A stretch of 61,775 bases of DNA, filler included, from Choristocarpus tenellus KU-1152 (taxonomy: Eukaryota > Protista > Phaeophyceae): NCBI GenBank assembly GCA_964200185.2. It is 9 parts of 9 records of this genome, joined end to end, with 100 filler letters (N's around TTAATTAATTAA, not from the genome) between each part and the next. Parts side by side here need not be neighbours in the genome. Positions count along the whole stretch, not along the records: positions 32,909 to 45,928 come from CAXNAD020001613.1; positions 46,029 to 54,009 come from CAXNAD020005308.1; 7 more parts are not named here. One strand, 5' to 3'. Both the position numbers and the translations under genes were made by a program. Shown piece by piece: positions 39,401 to 53,246 of this stretch. A model generated the notes under the pieces. It ran no database searches, was not told the origin of the DNA, and was given only the letters and a program-made list of their open reading frames with translations. Each line of letters begins with the position of its first letter. The first letter of the stretch is position 1.

Positions 39401-42400
39401 AGGCGTCAAGGGAGGAAGTGGAGGTGTTGAAAGCTGATGTGGAGGAGCTACAGGTGGAGAATGAGAGGGCACATTCCAAGCTAGTTGTGGAAAGGGAGCA
39501 TGCGCAGCTGAGGTCAGAAAAGATGCAGCAAATGCAGGAAGGACTTGAGACGACCGTGAGGGAGATGCAGGAGAAGATCATGATGGCGAGTTGTGAGGCA
39601 GAGGGGGCATGGGCTGAGATGGATGCAATGAGAAAGGAGATCAATCAGGTGACAGCAGACACTGAGCAAAGACAGAAGAGACTTGAGACCTCCCTGAGGG
39701 CAAAGGTTGCGGAATTGAAGGCTACCCGTTCAGAGGCTGATGTCGCCCAATCTGAGCTGGTTGAGACAAGAAAGGAGGTGCAGCGTATGATGCAAGAGGT
39801 GAAGGAGGCGCAGAAGCAATTACGGGCTGAAAAGGAAGGATCGGCCCTCCTCTCCATGAAACTGCAGGTGGAACCCCCATGTCTTTTCCCAGACCTGTGA
39901 CATGGTGCCCCCTGTTTCATTGTGTCCTTGACCTCTACAACATTACCAACCTAGTCAATCGGACTCTATGGAGTAGTTGCACCAAATTCCCTTGCCATGC
40001 CCCTTTGCAATGGAATATTAAATGGAGGATTAGTCTGCAGATAGCCGCCGTCATTACAACAAGTGTTCGGGGCATTACTTGAAGGGAAATAAAATAAAAA
40101 GAATAATTAACAAAAAGAATCATGGTGAGGAACGGTGTTCTGCCCAGGAAAAGGATTTGTGATTAGGTACAAAATGCCTGCTATATTTTAGAAGCAATTG
40201 AATCGTTTCACACACACTCTCGCCCTTTGGTGAATCCCTCAAACTTTCCCAATGCCCCCGCACTGCAAAAACCCTAACCACTCCATCCACAGTGCAGGTG
40301 CCATCCCCGAAGCCCAAGCTTTTTGACACGCTCGCCCTCCTTGAGCCTTGCATCTCCCTGTAACACTATCCTACTCTTACCCTCGCCCTCACACCCCCCA
40401 CATGCCCACAATGCTTGACCTCTCAAAGTCCGCAGAGATGAAGTATAGTCAGGCTGTTGACAGGTTGACAAGAACAGAGACTGAGGGGAAGAGCCTGCAA
40501 AAGAACCTTGCGGATGCAATGAGCAATGCAGAGGGAAATCAGGTGTGGTCGAGATTCTATCCAATCCCGTGAGTTGACACCATCTTCCCTCTCTTCATGA
40601 ACCTTACCTCCAAGAACCCAGGGGGACAGGGGGCTGGCCCTGCTGCTATAGTAGTGCGCATATCATAAATATATATATATATATATATGTATAGACCCAT
40701 TCCCACCTTTAGACCCACTCCTATCTTCTATCTAGTGTGCTGCCTGCGTTCTGAACATTTGCTATTTTGATGCCTGTGACAGGAGAGACTTCAAGCCCAG
40801 AGCGCACTGACTGCTGAGAAGCTGGGGAGGGCAAGGGTAGAGCTTGAGCGATTAGGGGAAGCGCTGGCTGCTGCCTTGACAAGAGCTCAGGAAGAGCACG
40901 AACTCCGAGGGCAGGAATCAAAGAGGGCCAGGTCTCTGACAAGGGATGTGGAAGTGAGTCAAGCCCGTCTAAAGTTGGCTGAGGGGGAGAGACAGCGTTC
41001 TGAACTTCAGGTGATTTCTTGAGGTTTTATGATTTAGCAGGATGCATTGACTAATTACGAAGCCCCTGGTTTATGTTGTTCATACCTATACTGTACAGTA
41101 CGGGTAGTGCTCTACCGAGTGCTTTTATCATGGAACATGGTGGGCGTGTTGAGAGTTAGTACGTGCAGTGTGTATATGGAGGCCCGATCGCGCAGTCTCT
41201 TATCACGTCACACTTGAAGCGCATGCTGTAGTATTCAGATTTGTTGAAAACTGAGATCAAGGGAGAGCTGGAGCTGACAGGATGCATCACGCTTATTACC
41301 CTTCTTATGCTCTCAAACACTTTTATGTTCATCGTGCGCCAAAGGTGCAAGAGCTGAAGGAACATGTACGGGCAGATGTTGAGACCCTGACTAGACTGGA
41401 GTCTGCTATTGAGGAAAGGGACGCGCAACTCGAGGCGGCAGAGGCATCCCTTGGGGCAGCAAACCGCCGAGCATTGGATGCTGAGGAGGCTGTCCAGTCC
41501 AGCAAACATGAGTCAGAGATAGCCCTGAGGGAGATCACTGAGGCCGCTAGGCGCACAAGCGAAGACCAGGCAAGGTTGAAACATCAGCTTTTGGAAGCCA
41601 GGGAGGAAGCAGCTCAATCGAATACCTTACTTGGACAAGTTCGGTTAGAGCTTGAGGAGGCGAACCTGGTGTTGACAACACCAGGCAGAAAGGGGGTGTT
41701 GAGCAGAGATCAACGGGGAAGCAGGAGGCATCGTCGGGGCAAGTTTGATAAGGGAAGCATTCGGGGGGAGGTTAGGTGGAAAGACACCAGAGATCAGGGC
41801 TTGACAAGCGCTGGAGTTGTGACAGAGGCTGACTTAATGGACCTCAGAGAAGCCTACTATGAGATCCAACGGATTTCCAATATGTTGGAAGGGGAAGCTG
41901 CCCAAGCTGCAACAGTTACAAAGCATCTGTTGTCAAGTCGCTGGGATGATAGAGCACGTCTGACCACAGAGGAGGAAGTCAAGACCCTCTCCTCAAAACC
42001 ATTACCAGGCTGGCAACTGTGCCAGAAGGGGGGCGTCAGTGGAGTTTTGGGTAGGGAAAATATGAGCACACGTTCAAGTGAAGAAAACGAAAATTCTGCA
42101 GACTCAACTGTTGTCAGGGTTGGGGATAAGCAAGGGCCCCACTCTGCCGTATCCCAGACGAGCAATCAGGGCGTGCCAGGAGCAGTGGTCCAGAAAGTTG
42201 TGATAGCAAGGGATGAGGATGTTAAGTCCACAGGATGGGGATTTGCTGTTCTCAAGACTGCGGTTCCAAGTGTTGCGAAACGTCTGCAAGAGTCAGTCTC
42301 ATTCTTGATGGCGTCCCAGCAAGAGGAGCGAGGGACTTGGGTGGGGAAGATGGAACACCTTGAGCAGGAGCTCCTATTGGCTCGAAGGCGGGAGGCGGAG

Positions 42401-45124
42401 ACAATGGCGCGGCTAGAGGAGAGCCGCGAGGTAATAGGAGTGTAGGGTTAGGATGAGAGGTTATGGGGCACAAGACCTAGGTTTGGAGAGTGTTGCTGTT
42501 TTTTACAGAGAGGTTGTATCATGTGGCAGAGTGTGAGTGACCTCTCTGGTATTGTTCCGGGTATCCAGCATCCAGCCTCGTGCCGGGGGACATTGCTTGT
42601 GCCCACTACTCCATTTGTATTTTGGACATTGAGTAACACTGCGTAAGCGCAGCTGTAGGGTGACTGGGTATCGAGGCACTTTGTGTTGTGCATGGATCAA
42701 TGGCATTGTTGTGTTGTGGACCGTATGTGCCTCCCTCACTACCCTCCCCCCCCCCCCTGATGGTCCGAAAGCTGAGTACAACATTTTTTGTTGTTGTTGC
42801 ATGTCTCTCTTATCCCATGTATACATGCAGCTGAGCCGCGAGCAGACTGGGTTTGTGGAGGGTGTGTGGCAAGAACGCCAGCGAATGGGAAAAGAGATGT
42901 GCGTTCAAAAGGAAGAGATTCGAAGGCTCAGGGCTAGTGAGGAGGCATCACAGCTCGTTGCCAAGGAATTGGAGTCCTGCACTGCCGCCGTGTTGTCACA
43001 GGTACAGGGGAAGCTGGGTGGTTCATTGGAGGTGAAAGGTGAGGGGGAGGAAGGGGCGAAGAAGGGAGTAGTGTCTGGCAATAGTGAGAGGCAAGTTTGT
43101 GAGACAGTGAACATCCTGCAGCGCCAGGTGGATGGTCTACGGCTGCAGCTCAACAAGACTAGAGAGGCTTGTAGTGGTGGAATAGATGAAGGCGTTGCCG
43201 TTCAAAATGGTGCTGTCGTTGGCAGTGGCAACAACGGCAACGATGTCATCGAAAGAAGCAGGAGGAGCACCGAAGGAGGTGGGGATAGGAACGGCACAAG
43301 GGCACGTAGTATGTCTTCTGTAGCAGACGACACAGGAAGCGGAGGTGAAGGATTTGCTGAACATCGAGAAGCGGTCGGGGAAGGAGTTCAAGGGAAGGGA
43401 AAAGTTGGCAAAAGATCGAGGGTCAAGGGAGGAGGGCCACAGGCCCTGGTTGCACTTGAGGGGGAGTTTCAAAGGCTACGAGGAAAATACGAAAAGGCTA
43501 AGGGCCGGATAGCTGCTCTTGAGGATCAGGTGGCTGCAGCACGTCGCGGAGACGCTCTGGCGAGACGGGAGGTTCAGGTGTGACTTCCTATTGAAACAGG
43601 TTTTTTTTTTTTTCTGTTGCATTTTCCTCGTTGGTAGGCGTTAGCAATAGAGTTGGGGGGGGCACACCCCCAACCTGTTTGTTTTTCTGTGTGGCTCTGT
43701 GCTTGAGCGTGTACGTGCTTGCCCACTGGTCGAGTGAGGTTTCGTGTGCCCTGTGATCCACCTAGCTGTCTGCTGTGTGGTCAAATGGATTGCCGTCGGT
43801 GGCCTTAGTAGTGGAGTTGAATTCCCAGTTTGGTTGTGTGGCGTTCCTTTTTGAAAAAGCTGCTGCTGCGGAGAGTACGGCGGCGAGTTGGGACTGAACG
43901 TGTGCCTCATGAGCACCAGCGCTATATAGTCTCTTTACTAGAACATAGAACAAAAGAGGGCAAAAGGTTGATGAGCAGTGGGGGCTGGCTGAACCTAAAC
44001 GTGTGAAAAAAAAAAAGGTGTAAACTTTTGTGCCTGGAGAGGTACGCAAGACAAAGGGGTCAGGCCAGTGCAGGTTGAAGTGGAAGTGTGAAAATAGTAC
44101 TCAGCGTTTTGTTGCAGGTATTAATGTTTATGGGCTGCTCCATGCCTCTCTTTTTCTTTTTTTTCTGGCAACGACTCTCAGCACAAGACTGGGGTTGCAA
44201 AGCCAATACCAACCTGTCCACTGCACCCCATCCTCTCGTCCTTTATGGCATCCGTCTGCCTACCAGTGTGATACGTCCTCCATTGAACATACCTTTTGCC
44301 CCAGAAACGTAATGTGCTGTTGTACTGATCCCTCCCTAACCTGGACTCCTGCCGGCTGGACCCAGAGGGCGTTGAAAGCACTCAAGATGTCCCAAGGTCT
44401 CGTGATCCGCCTTTCGAAGGCCCGCCACAGGCACAGACAGGGCACCGTTCCTGATGGTGCTGATATCCAACCTAGTTCCAAGACTATAGCGCACTCCACC
44501 TCTGCTTCTGAAGGAGGTCGACGTGGTGAGACTGCAACGCAGACCCCTTACCCTCCTGTCTCTCAAATCCCAACCCCTTCGGGAAAGAGTATCGATCTGG
44601 CAGTCAACATTCCTTCAGCAGGCTCGACTGCTCATGCCTTGAATGGGACCAAGGCATGGGAGGCTGGTTCTAAAAGGATAAGCCTTCATGATGTAAACCA
44701 CTGCACAAATGGACCTGTGCAGGCGATACCTGAGGAAGCACACGACAGGCTGGAGGCCTCCATCATGTCATCGCCGCTGGGGAGACTTGGCGGAAGTAAA
44801 GGAGATGCAAAGATGGCTGCTGGGTACAGGGGGGAGGGAGAGACTAGTGGGCATGGGGAGGGAGAGGATGTGACAAGGGGGTCAGGTACAGCTCCATCAG
44901 GGTCATCATTGCCAATGGTCTCATCACGAGAGGTAGCCACACAGGTGGGAGAGGTTGATCTTTGGTGCAAGGGTGAAGTCATCACAACGCAGGAGGAGCT
45001 GGAGAAAATGGGAAGGGAAGCAATAGAACTGAAAAGCAAGAATGAAGTGGTAGAGCAGGAGCTAGGGAAGGTCACTACAGACTTGGCTGAAGCCTGGGAA
45101 TTGCTCCGAGCCAAGGATTTGAAA
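36476..45124 (+). CDS. Very large multi-exon coiled-coil protein (E/A/R/L-rich heptads), function unknown
   Basis: Phase-0 exons 37849-39867, 40429-40542, 40783-41010, 41345-42430, 42831-43577 and about 44366-45124, with canonical splice sites. The first exon 36476-36562 and small exons at 37057-37798 are tentative; the 3' end is unresolved. Confidence 0.8.
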
Positions 45125-45928
45125 GTAAGCTTGGAGACAATGAGATAGGTCTGGCTGTCATCCCCCTTGCCTGGCCTTCTTGTTCTTGCCCTTCTAACCT
45201 CCGTAGTGTACCACTGCCGTATGTGGTGTGTCCTCTGCAAGGTTTTTAGTTGGATGATCGCTTGGTGACCTTGAGTTGACTTGAGAAAGATATGAAGCAC
45301 TTTGGTTTCCGCTGATCGAAAATTTTGTTCAAGATTGGTATTTGTATCACCAGGAGGAGTGGGGGATGCATCAATTAAATGGCTGGAAATTTCTAGGTGG
45401 GAGATCTTGTTCTGTTGAGGCTTGTTCTTATGCAGAATGTCAATTAAGGGTTCTGCCTCTGACGAAGAGAGCAGGAGCATTGTACCAGTGCAGCTGGTGG
45501 CTATCCAGATGCTGATCACCTCAATAAGTGCATTGCGATGTTTGGTAAACAGTTGGATGACAGGTCGTCACACTTATGTGTCATGTACATGCACCTTGTA
45601 AAAATCCAAGAGTGAACAATCAGGAAAGTGGAAGGATACAATGTAAGGTGGAGTTGCAATATTGTTTTATTTCACACATTTCATTGCAATCTGGATTCAG
45701 AGTACTGTTTGTGGGCATGTGCTCCTTCAACAAATATGAGGTTGGTATCCAAGGACGCGCCCAGCGTTTGGTTAGACCAACCTTTAGATATTTGAAGGGA
45801 TACATAATTGTTACTCCAAAGAGATTCGATCGCTACTCTACACTTCTTTATTAGGTTCTACCTTTGGCAAAGCTAAATGAAGTGCTCGTTCACCCCAACC
45901 CCGGACTCACGACCTTCCCCCCCCCCCC

Positions 45929-46028
45929 NNNNNNNNNNNNNNNNNNNNNNNNNNNNNNNNNNNNNNNNNNNNTTAATTAATTAANNNNNNNNNNNNNNNN
46001 NNNNNNNNNNNNNNNNNNNNNNNNNNNN
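45929..46028. other. Artificial contig spacer
   Basis: N44-TTAATTAATTAA-N44. Confidence 0.97.
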
Positions 46029-46095
46029 CCATGGGAAGCCAAGCCCCAAATGGACAAACAGGGCAAAACTCGTACCCTCTAAGATACTTTCACTC
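46029..46095 (-). mobile_element. MITE family A, partial at contig start
   Basis: ..CCCCAAATGGACAAACAGGGCAAAACTCGTACCCTCTAAGATACTTTCACTC. Confidence 0.85.
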
Positions 46096-46326
46096 AGACT
46101 CGAATAGGAAGAAGAGAAAATCCCGGTAGGTACACTGAGCAATCGGTTCCAGTACAAACCAGCATCAAATACCAAACCCAATGCCGCCCCTTCATTCTTT
46201 TGAAGGAGGAACAACTTAATTGAAAGCAAATACTCCAGTACAATATCAGAGAAGACTAGGGAACAAGAAAAAAAGTGGAGAAAAAACATCCATCCGTAGC
46301 ACCATCGCAAAAGACGGACACCAGCA

Positions 46327-47760
46327 TCATCGGTGCCAAGGAGGTGTCCCGGACAATCTCTGTGCGTCAAGCCATTCACTGATGAGTTCTTGACGGACTC
46401 CTGTTTCAACACAGTTTGTACTATCGAAGAAAATTCCAGCTTCATGATGAAGGCGGTAATCTGTTGTCGATCTGTTCGTGATATACCTTGCTGTTGCTTG
46501 CCATTGATGCAGGACATAGAAGCTCATCATCAAAGACCAGCTTGTTGACCTTAAAATGGTTCATTAGAAGTCAGTACAGCCCAAGGGGGGGGGATGGGCA
46601 GCACCTATAGATTGAGCAGCATCCTCCCCTCCTGTTGCACATGTGTGTATGGTTAGTGCAGAGTGGAGGAACAGATCACAGAACATGACGGACGGATCAC
46701 GAAGTATTGTGGAAAATTACTGTATATTAGCAGTGGTGGTGGTGGTGAGTGTACAGTGGGGCTGCGAGATGGGAAACTGCAGCCCTGGCACGATGCACTG
46801 TGGTAAATACGAATATTTTCAGACCCAACGTATCTGGGGGTGGACGAAAGTTTCGATGCAGATATTTACGATATATATCAACATACACCCATCGAGGACG
46901 TCATATAACACCAAAACTATCTAGCTAATGGGAGTCAAGGGTCAAAGTAAACGCCACTTGACATCTTCACAAGAAGAGCCTCTTAGCACATGCTGTACGC
47001 AATGTTGTGTGGAGGAGTGTGCAGCTGACAGGAGGAGCACCCTGCCTATTGATATCTGTCTCTTTAGGCCATCAATACTACCTTTAAGAGAAGAGAGCAT
47101 GTTGGAAACAAGAGGATAAATCACTGGCAGGCAATGCCTGACTCATACACTGAGCGCATTATGGCACAGCGGCTCTCTTTGTAACCCTTCGCTTGGCAAT
47201 GTATATTATGAGCGAGAAAATCGATAATGATTCTTGGTTACTATGATTGTATCGGTCGATAATGGAGGGAAATAAAAGGCCAAAATAAAAAACAGTCTGC
47301 TTTAAGGTAGTGCTTTGAACCTTGACAGGGTGTAGTGTTAAGCGCATAGCCCTTTGCACAATTTTACTGTCCAACAGATGACAGATCTAGTTGACTATGC
47401 GAGCATCTACAGATCTGAAGACCTAATTTACAGTCAACTACTTCTTACACTGATGAGCCGACTAGCACATCATCACCACATCCCCAACTTTCTTGACTAC
47501 GTCAGAGGTGCATGTGATATGAAGGATGAGAGAAAAATTTTGCTATTGAGCATTCAACTTGCTTCTGCTGTAGACAATCATTGACTCCTGAACCAACGAC
47601 TCTCTTGTGGAGGAAATTGGTTTTCTGCTGTCAAGGATTCCCCGTACAAAATTGCTACACACACAGCGCCAAACATCTGCAATGAATATTTTCCCTCTTA
47701 TGGTCCTCATTGTGAACTGACACTGTACATACAGTGAGAGAAAACGATCCTGGAAGGCCA
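46327..47760 (-). CDS. Possible multi-exon gene of unknown function
   Basis: Several short open minus-strand segments (about 47586-47752, 46950-47120, 46486-46548, 46327-46401), some with splice-like borders; phases unresolved and no homology recognised. Confidence 0.25.
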
Positions 47761-48728
47761 TGCACACAGGGCTTAAGATAGAGGGAAAACAGTTTGAAGT
47801 CTATTACACAGAGTGAATTAGGTCCAGAATTAGGTCCAAGCAATTCAAAGGGAATAGACAGCAGTGGAAGTCATACATCAAAGCGTGTGTGACTTAATGG
47901 ATGACAGGTGTTGGGTTTGACTCAAAAATGCAGAGCTAGATCTTTTGAACATTCTCCTTTGTTAGTCATCACCCTTTCCTGTCATTGCTCGAGGGATTCC
48001 ATTTGCTCCAAATGCCCTCAACCAAACACGACACAAAGGTCAAAACGTCTCAGCATGGATTAAGGTGCAGGCGCAGATTGCGTGGATATCTCGCACAAAA
48101 AAGTTGATCGCTCATCACTTTGGTGTGCACAACCTATAATTCCCCATTATTTCAATCACACCTTGAGCTGAAGGAACTACATCTTCAGGTGACTCCGAGC
48201 AAAAGTGGTCACTAGAGGCTTGCATATCTGTTCAACAGGTCAATCAATAATCTCTAATCCCTCATCTACACATACCCAAGCACTAAAATCTTTAGGCACA
48301 TTTCAACACTTTGCCAAGAAAGAGAATTGAGTACGTAGGATTGCGAAATGGATTACAGGAATGTTAGCGGTATCACCCTCCCACCCCGAATAATACTTCA
48401 CCCCTTGCTGTCTCTGCGTGCACGTCCACCGAGCAATGGAGATGCAGATTCTCAATGTGTTAGCCCTGGTACGCATCAAGGTTCTTATGATCGAATAAAA
48501 GCGTGCCCATCAACATACATGAAGACGCAGGTTTGGTCAAACTCCGAAATGGTATTAACTTGATTCAGTTGGGTGTTCGATCACTCGTTTCTCCTAGACT
48601 GGGCAGGGCAGTGGCGCCTTAGCACTTTCAATACTGCCAATCACGGAAGACACAATCGATGAACAGAACGGGAAATCCCTCTTGGTCACTTGGCCCTCTT
48701 CTTTTTCATGACTCTGATCATCTTAGAA

Positions 48729-49193
48729 TCACAATGGGGAAAGAACTTCCCGGAGAGAAGGCCTTGGCTCCGTCTGCATGCCCAAACATAGGATAGCAGG
48801 CAACCACCCGTACTTCACCACAGGCTTTAGAATAGCGACAGCCTGATATTTGTAGAAGGGGAAGCATGGTCGTGGTGGTGCAATCGTGGCTGGTTACAAC
48901 TTCATAGGCATGCAGAACTGCAGCACAGAATGTGCATGCCCTTTTCTATGGCCGAAAAGACAGTGTTTTACACTCCCAATTATATATATGTATATATACC
49001 TTTAAGGGCGTAAGGAGGGCGTAAAGTGATGGATGGGTTGTGAACTTACAACAGAGACCATCGAAGACTTCTCGGTAGTTGGTGTTATGGGGTGGGCTGC
49101 TATGATCCACAATGCTCAGTTTACCTTCGAGAAGGTCATGACCGGCTGGCGCTTCTTGCTTCGCTTTCGACGAACTGCAGACACAGACGCCAT
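48729..49193 (-). CDS. TOM7: Mitochondrial import receptor subunit TOM7 (60 aa, two exons)
   Basis: Exon 49193-49125 MASVSAVRRKRSKKRQPVMTFSK|GT..CAG|exon 48842-48729 AVAILKPVVKYGWLPAILCLGMQTEPRPSLREVLSPL*. Matches the Tom7 signature YG(F/W)(I/L)P....GM...P.P....LSP. Absent from the ORF track. Confidence 0.88.
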
Positions 49194-49476
49194 GGTTCTA
49201 CCCTGTCCAATATGTACTGGAGGTCTGGTCCAAATCAATTTTATCACTGGTGTACATTGGCCGTATTGAGAATACACTATTTTTGAAACGCCTTATAGGA
49301 GAGGTAAGGGGGAGTTTTAGTTTGTGTCGAATTTTCAAAAACAGAAATACATCGAGGAATCATAAGAGCGTGAATACTACCACTGTGAAAGAGATGGACT
49401 GAACTACACAAACTCTTGGTTTCGACGAAAACCTTCGAGGAATGCAATCTGGAGACCGAATTGTTATGAGGTGACG

Positions 49477-50024
49477 ATGGTCGATCTCGTTAAACATGCG
49501 CTCAATAACAAAAGGAATGTCGAGGGAATTACACCAGCCGAACAGGAAGTATTGCAGCGAGGTGTGTACGTGTATGCATATGCAACTGATGGCCTAATAC
49601 AATATATCTCGAACAGGAGCATCGACACATCTTGTGACGCGTGTGTGTTCCTCTGGTATGGGTTTAAGGGAGAGGAATAGCAGTACTTGCGTTGAACAAG
49701 ATCTCCTTGATAGGCACAGTCCTCGTTTGGGTAAATATCAAGGAATGGAGCAGTCGACTGTCTATGATAGTGGATAGAAGAAACGAGATGGAGGCTAGTA
49801 GGCTAGCGATCTTCGTGAAAAGAAAAAATATTGAGCAAACAACTTACACATGGGTCTACTCAATACAACCTATTCGAAATCAATGCACGCTCAGAATGGG
49901 AGAGCCTCACAGCTGAGGCGAAGGCTGTTCGTCGGGCTCAAAGGGCGAAATGTGGAGTGCATTGCTCGCTCTGTGGTGTTGTTGGGTATTACCGCCGGAA
50001 TTGCCCCTATTGCCCTCCAGTTAG
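49477..50024 (+). CDS. 5' exons of a gene with a zinc-knuckle-like motif
   Basis: Exon 49477-49561 and exon 49895-50024 splice in phase: MVDLVKHALNNKRNVEGITPAEQEVLQREWESLTAEAKAVRRAQRAKCGVHCSLCGVVGYYRRNCPYCPPV. A further exon is possible at 50426-50540. Confidence 0.6.
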
Positions 50025-51258
50025 GTAAGGAAATTGACCATCTGAGTTGACTGAAAATAAATCCATATACCTAAGGCAATCCCTACCAAATCAAGGCTAG
50101 AATATTGAAAGTGTGGGTTGAGGTCCCCATCTTCTAGAAGAGTTATTTGCCTACAAGCATGATGATCGGAAGTTTGATCAGGTGCAGTTATGGTCCAACC
50201 TTTTTTCCTGATAACCATAAGCCCCATTTCGCTGTCTTCAAATGATAAAAGCTACAAACCGTAAGTTATGGAAAGGACGGACGGTAGGGAAAGTTCAATG
50301 TATAGCGGGATAGATGCAATAAAATGCATGTTGTGGAAACAGACAGCAGCTAGTTGAAGTTCAACTACCTATCTACTATACCACGATCAACTACATTATA
50401 CTTCCTGCCCAGACGTGTTCCTTAGGTGCTACTTGACCGAATCGTTCCTCCCTCCAAACTAATACATACGTATGCCGATACACTTCATGCTCACCCCTAC
50501 GAGAGAAACCCTCAGTACCACAAACGTTGTGAACAAGGTACAACCAGGCAAGAGGAGGGTGGCAACATCTGTCCGACAAAGATCTGGAAGGCAAGGAGGG
50601 AAGAAACCGAGGCTCCAGTTCCAATACTTCTAACCACACAAAAAAGGTACGTTCTACCTTGGTCGCACAGCAGAAAAGGTTCTTAGGGTTAGGGGATGGC
50701 AATTGAATGGAATGCACAGCAGCAATCTAGAGTACTGTGTTTAAAATTCACTTTTGCTTCGAAGTAACTCACTACAGTCTTACATGCAGATGTTATATTG
50801 TTGTAGGATCCATGGATTATTGAAGTGTAGGTGGAAACATTGAGGAGGATATTGTACTCTGGAGTGTTGACTTGTGAAGATCCTGTGCGTATTACTATAC
50901 ATATATATAGTACACATTTATCTAGTCATATTTCAAATACGTGCATCATTGTTGGGAGCCGTGATGCCGAAATGAACTCTTATTGAGGGATATGTTTCAG
51001 TACAGAACAAAACACCTCATGAGTTTCAAACAAGATTTTTCACCTGCCTGGGCATATGCCGAACTGTGAAGCATGTTTGATGTGAGAAAACTGGAAAATA
51101 AATGAACCAGGTTTGAGGAGGGGGCTGCCTGGGTAGACACAGCACCCTGTGACAAGAAATAATCACAGCAAAGTTTGACTACAGTTCCTGGTAGACAGAA
51201 AGGATGAGACACAGGTTTAACCAAATATATCGTGCCTTTGAAATCTCTATTGAGTGGA

Positions 51259-51530
51259 AACAACTGAGAGGTAGGCAGGGTTGCGTTTTAAGGATCCTGA
51301 GAAAGGACAAAAAATATGTTAATTTGTACATACAGCTGCAGAAGAAAGAGCCTCTCCTGGATTGTGGTGTCACTTCGCGTCTGGAGGAATATCAATTCTT
51401 GTGTACACTATTATTGCACACATTTAAAAAGTAAAAAACGAAGTAGAGTGTATTGCACAGGGCAAGAAAGATGACTTGGAATGCAAAAGGGTTCAAGCCC
51501 ACCTACCTCTCTATTGATTTATCTCCATTT
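51259..51530. repeat. Old dispersed repeat family C
   Basis: Colinear with 11775-12030. Confidence 0.6.
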
Positions 51531-52989
51531 GTTGACCAGATAATCACTCCTTGATTACGCTCCATTTTAGATCAACGGCTATGTATATTACAAAAAGGGA
51601 TCACCACCAAGGACAAGGTGATACGAAGGTATAGACTCTGAAGTACTTTGGAGGACGACACCTATTAAAAAAAAAAAAAAAACACACACACACACACACA
51701 CAAGTACTAGTTTCACTTTGGCACTGCGACTGAGTAGCATTAGTCTATTTTGGTCATCAAGTACTCTGCAACTCAACCAGTGTCCCAATTAGGTTTTTCG
51801 GTTTATTCAGCAATACGGTATGACTAAGAAAAAAAAAGTTAATGGTATGTTCAGGATTGTTTGTAGTACCTTTCGACGTAAACATCATATTGCTCCACCA
51901 ACTGCCAGTTTCCAAGACAACACGCTCGTCAAAAAAATCTTCTATATTTTTTAAAAATGAATTCAACACGGAACTTCGAGAATGTAAAAGAGACATCAAA
52001 AAGCAAATTCACTTAGTCAAGTTTCACTTAGTCAAGTTCCACTTCGTCAAGTTTCAGCCGGGAAAACGACGCTTCAGACCGCCATCCCCCTCCTCTCTAA
52101 ACCATCAGCTCTATCTCCAAATTCATGAAATCATCCCATCACGATTAATCAACATCACCACGATTAAGGACAAAAATGCAGTTTTCTTATTTCCCTTCGA
52201 ACTCTGTGGTGCTCCTCCTCTTCCTTGCACAACCACTTTTTGGGGGTTGGAAGGTGGGGGATGGAGATGATCCATGCATCCCGCAGAACCCACATGCGAC
52301 AGGTTGCAACTTTCTTTGGGGATCTCATTCTCAGGGGGGAGGGAGGCCGTTCCCTGTTGATGGAGTGGAAGTGATGCGCAGTGGGACCGTCAAGAGTGGA
52401 AGTGATGAAAAAGTAGAGGTCCTGATACCATCCCTTGCAGGAACATCAAAATTATCATCTGGCATCATCTCAGAGTTCAGAAGGGCTATGGTTTCGGTGA
52501 ACATGGGTAACAGAAGGATGACACATGGCTCTGTTGTTTCAAGGTGTGCATTATCAATACATGGGGCAGGCATGGTAAAACCTTCACTTCCTCTGGGTGA
52601 CTGCTGATACCCCTGTTGTTGAAAAAACACCGCCAAACTATATTATATTTGTACCACAGGGGTCAGAAACTGCTACTCCAGGTTCCTGTCATTGTTTGTG
52701 TTAATAGGTATAAAGACGAGCTAAGAGTGAGGCCGAAATCTAGACTGAGTTGTGGTCACGAGCATGTCTGGTCACAAGAATCTACAGCTGGCTGAGGCCC
52801 ACAGCATGTAGCTACATCATTTCAAGTACGCTATTTTTGAGAGCGCCAAAACACATTAGCACAAAGTCAACAGGGACTTTTCTGTGAATAGATGTAAATT
52901 GAGTAAGTTCAGAAGGTCACAAGGTGGGAAAAATTAACATGCTCTGGTTTAGATGGTAACCTCATGTGCAGACATAATCTCCATCCATT

Positions 52990-53246
52990 GAGCCAAAGTA
53001 TCTTAGAGGGTAGGGCCGCGTCCATTTGGAGGCCAAAATCCAATGTTGTGATTTTGATGTAATTTTGGATACCGTGTTTGTTAGGAAGTGTCAGTATCCT
53101 TGTTCTGGACACACCTTTCATAACATATACATTTGACCTACACCAAAACATTTTGGAGTGGGAAAATGTCATTAAAAAATCCACGGGAACCAAGCCCCGA
53201 ATGGACAAACAGGGCAAAACTCGTACCCTCTAAGATACTTCCATCC
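52990..53246 (-). mobile_element. MITE family A, reverse orientation
   Basis: GAGCCAAAGTATCTTAGAGGG ... CCCTCTAAGATACTT; TCCATCCATTG occurs at both ends. Confidence 0.9.

Noticed and set aside
38661-39644. 327-aa Ser-rich antisense ORF and similar minus-strand ORFs up to 45519
   Set aside because: These are shadow frames of the Glu/Ala-rich coiled-coil exons on the plus strand.
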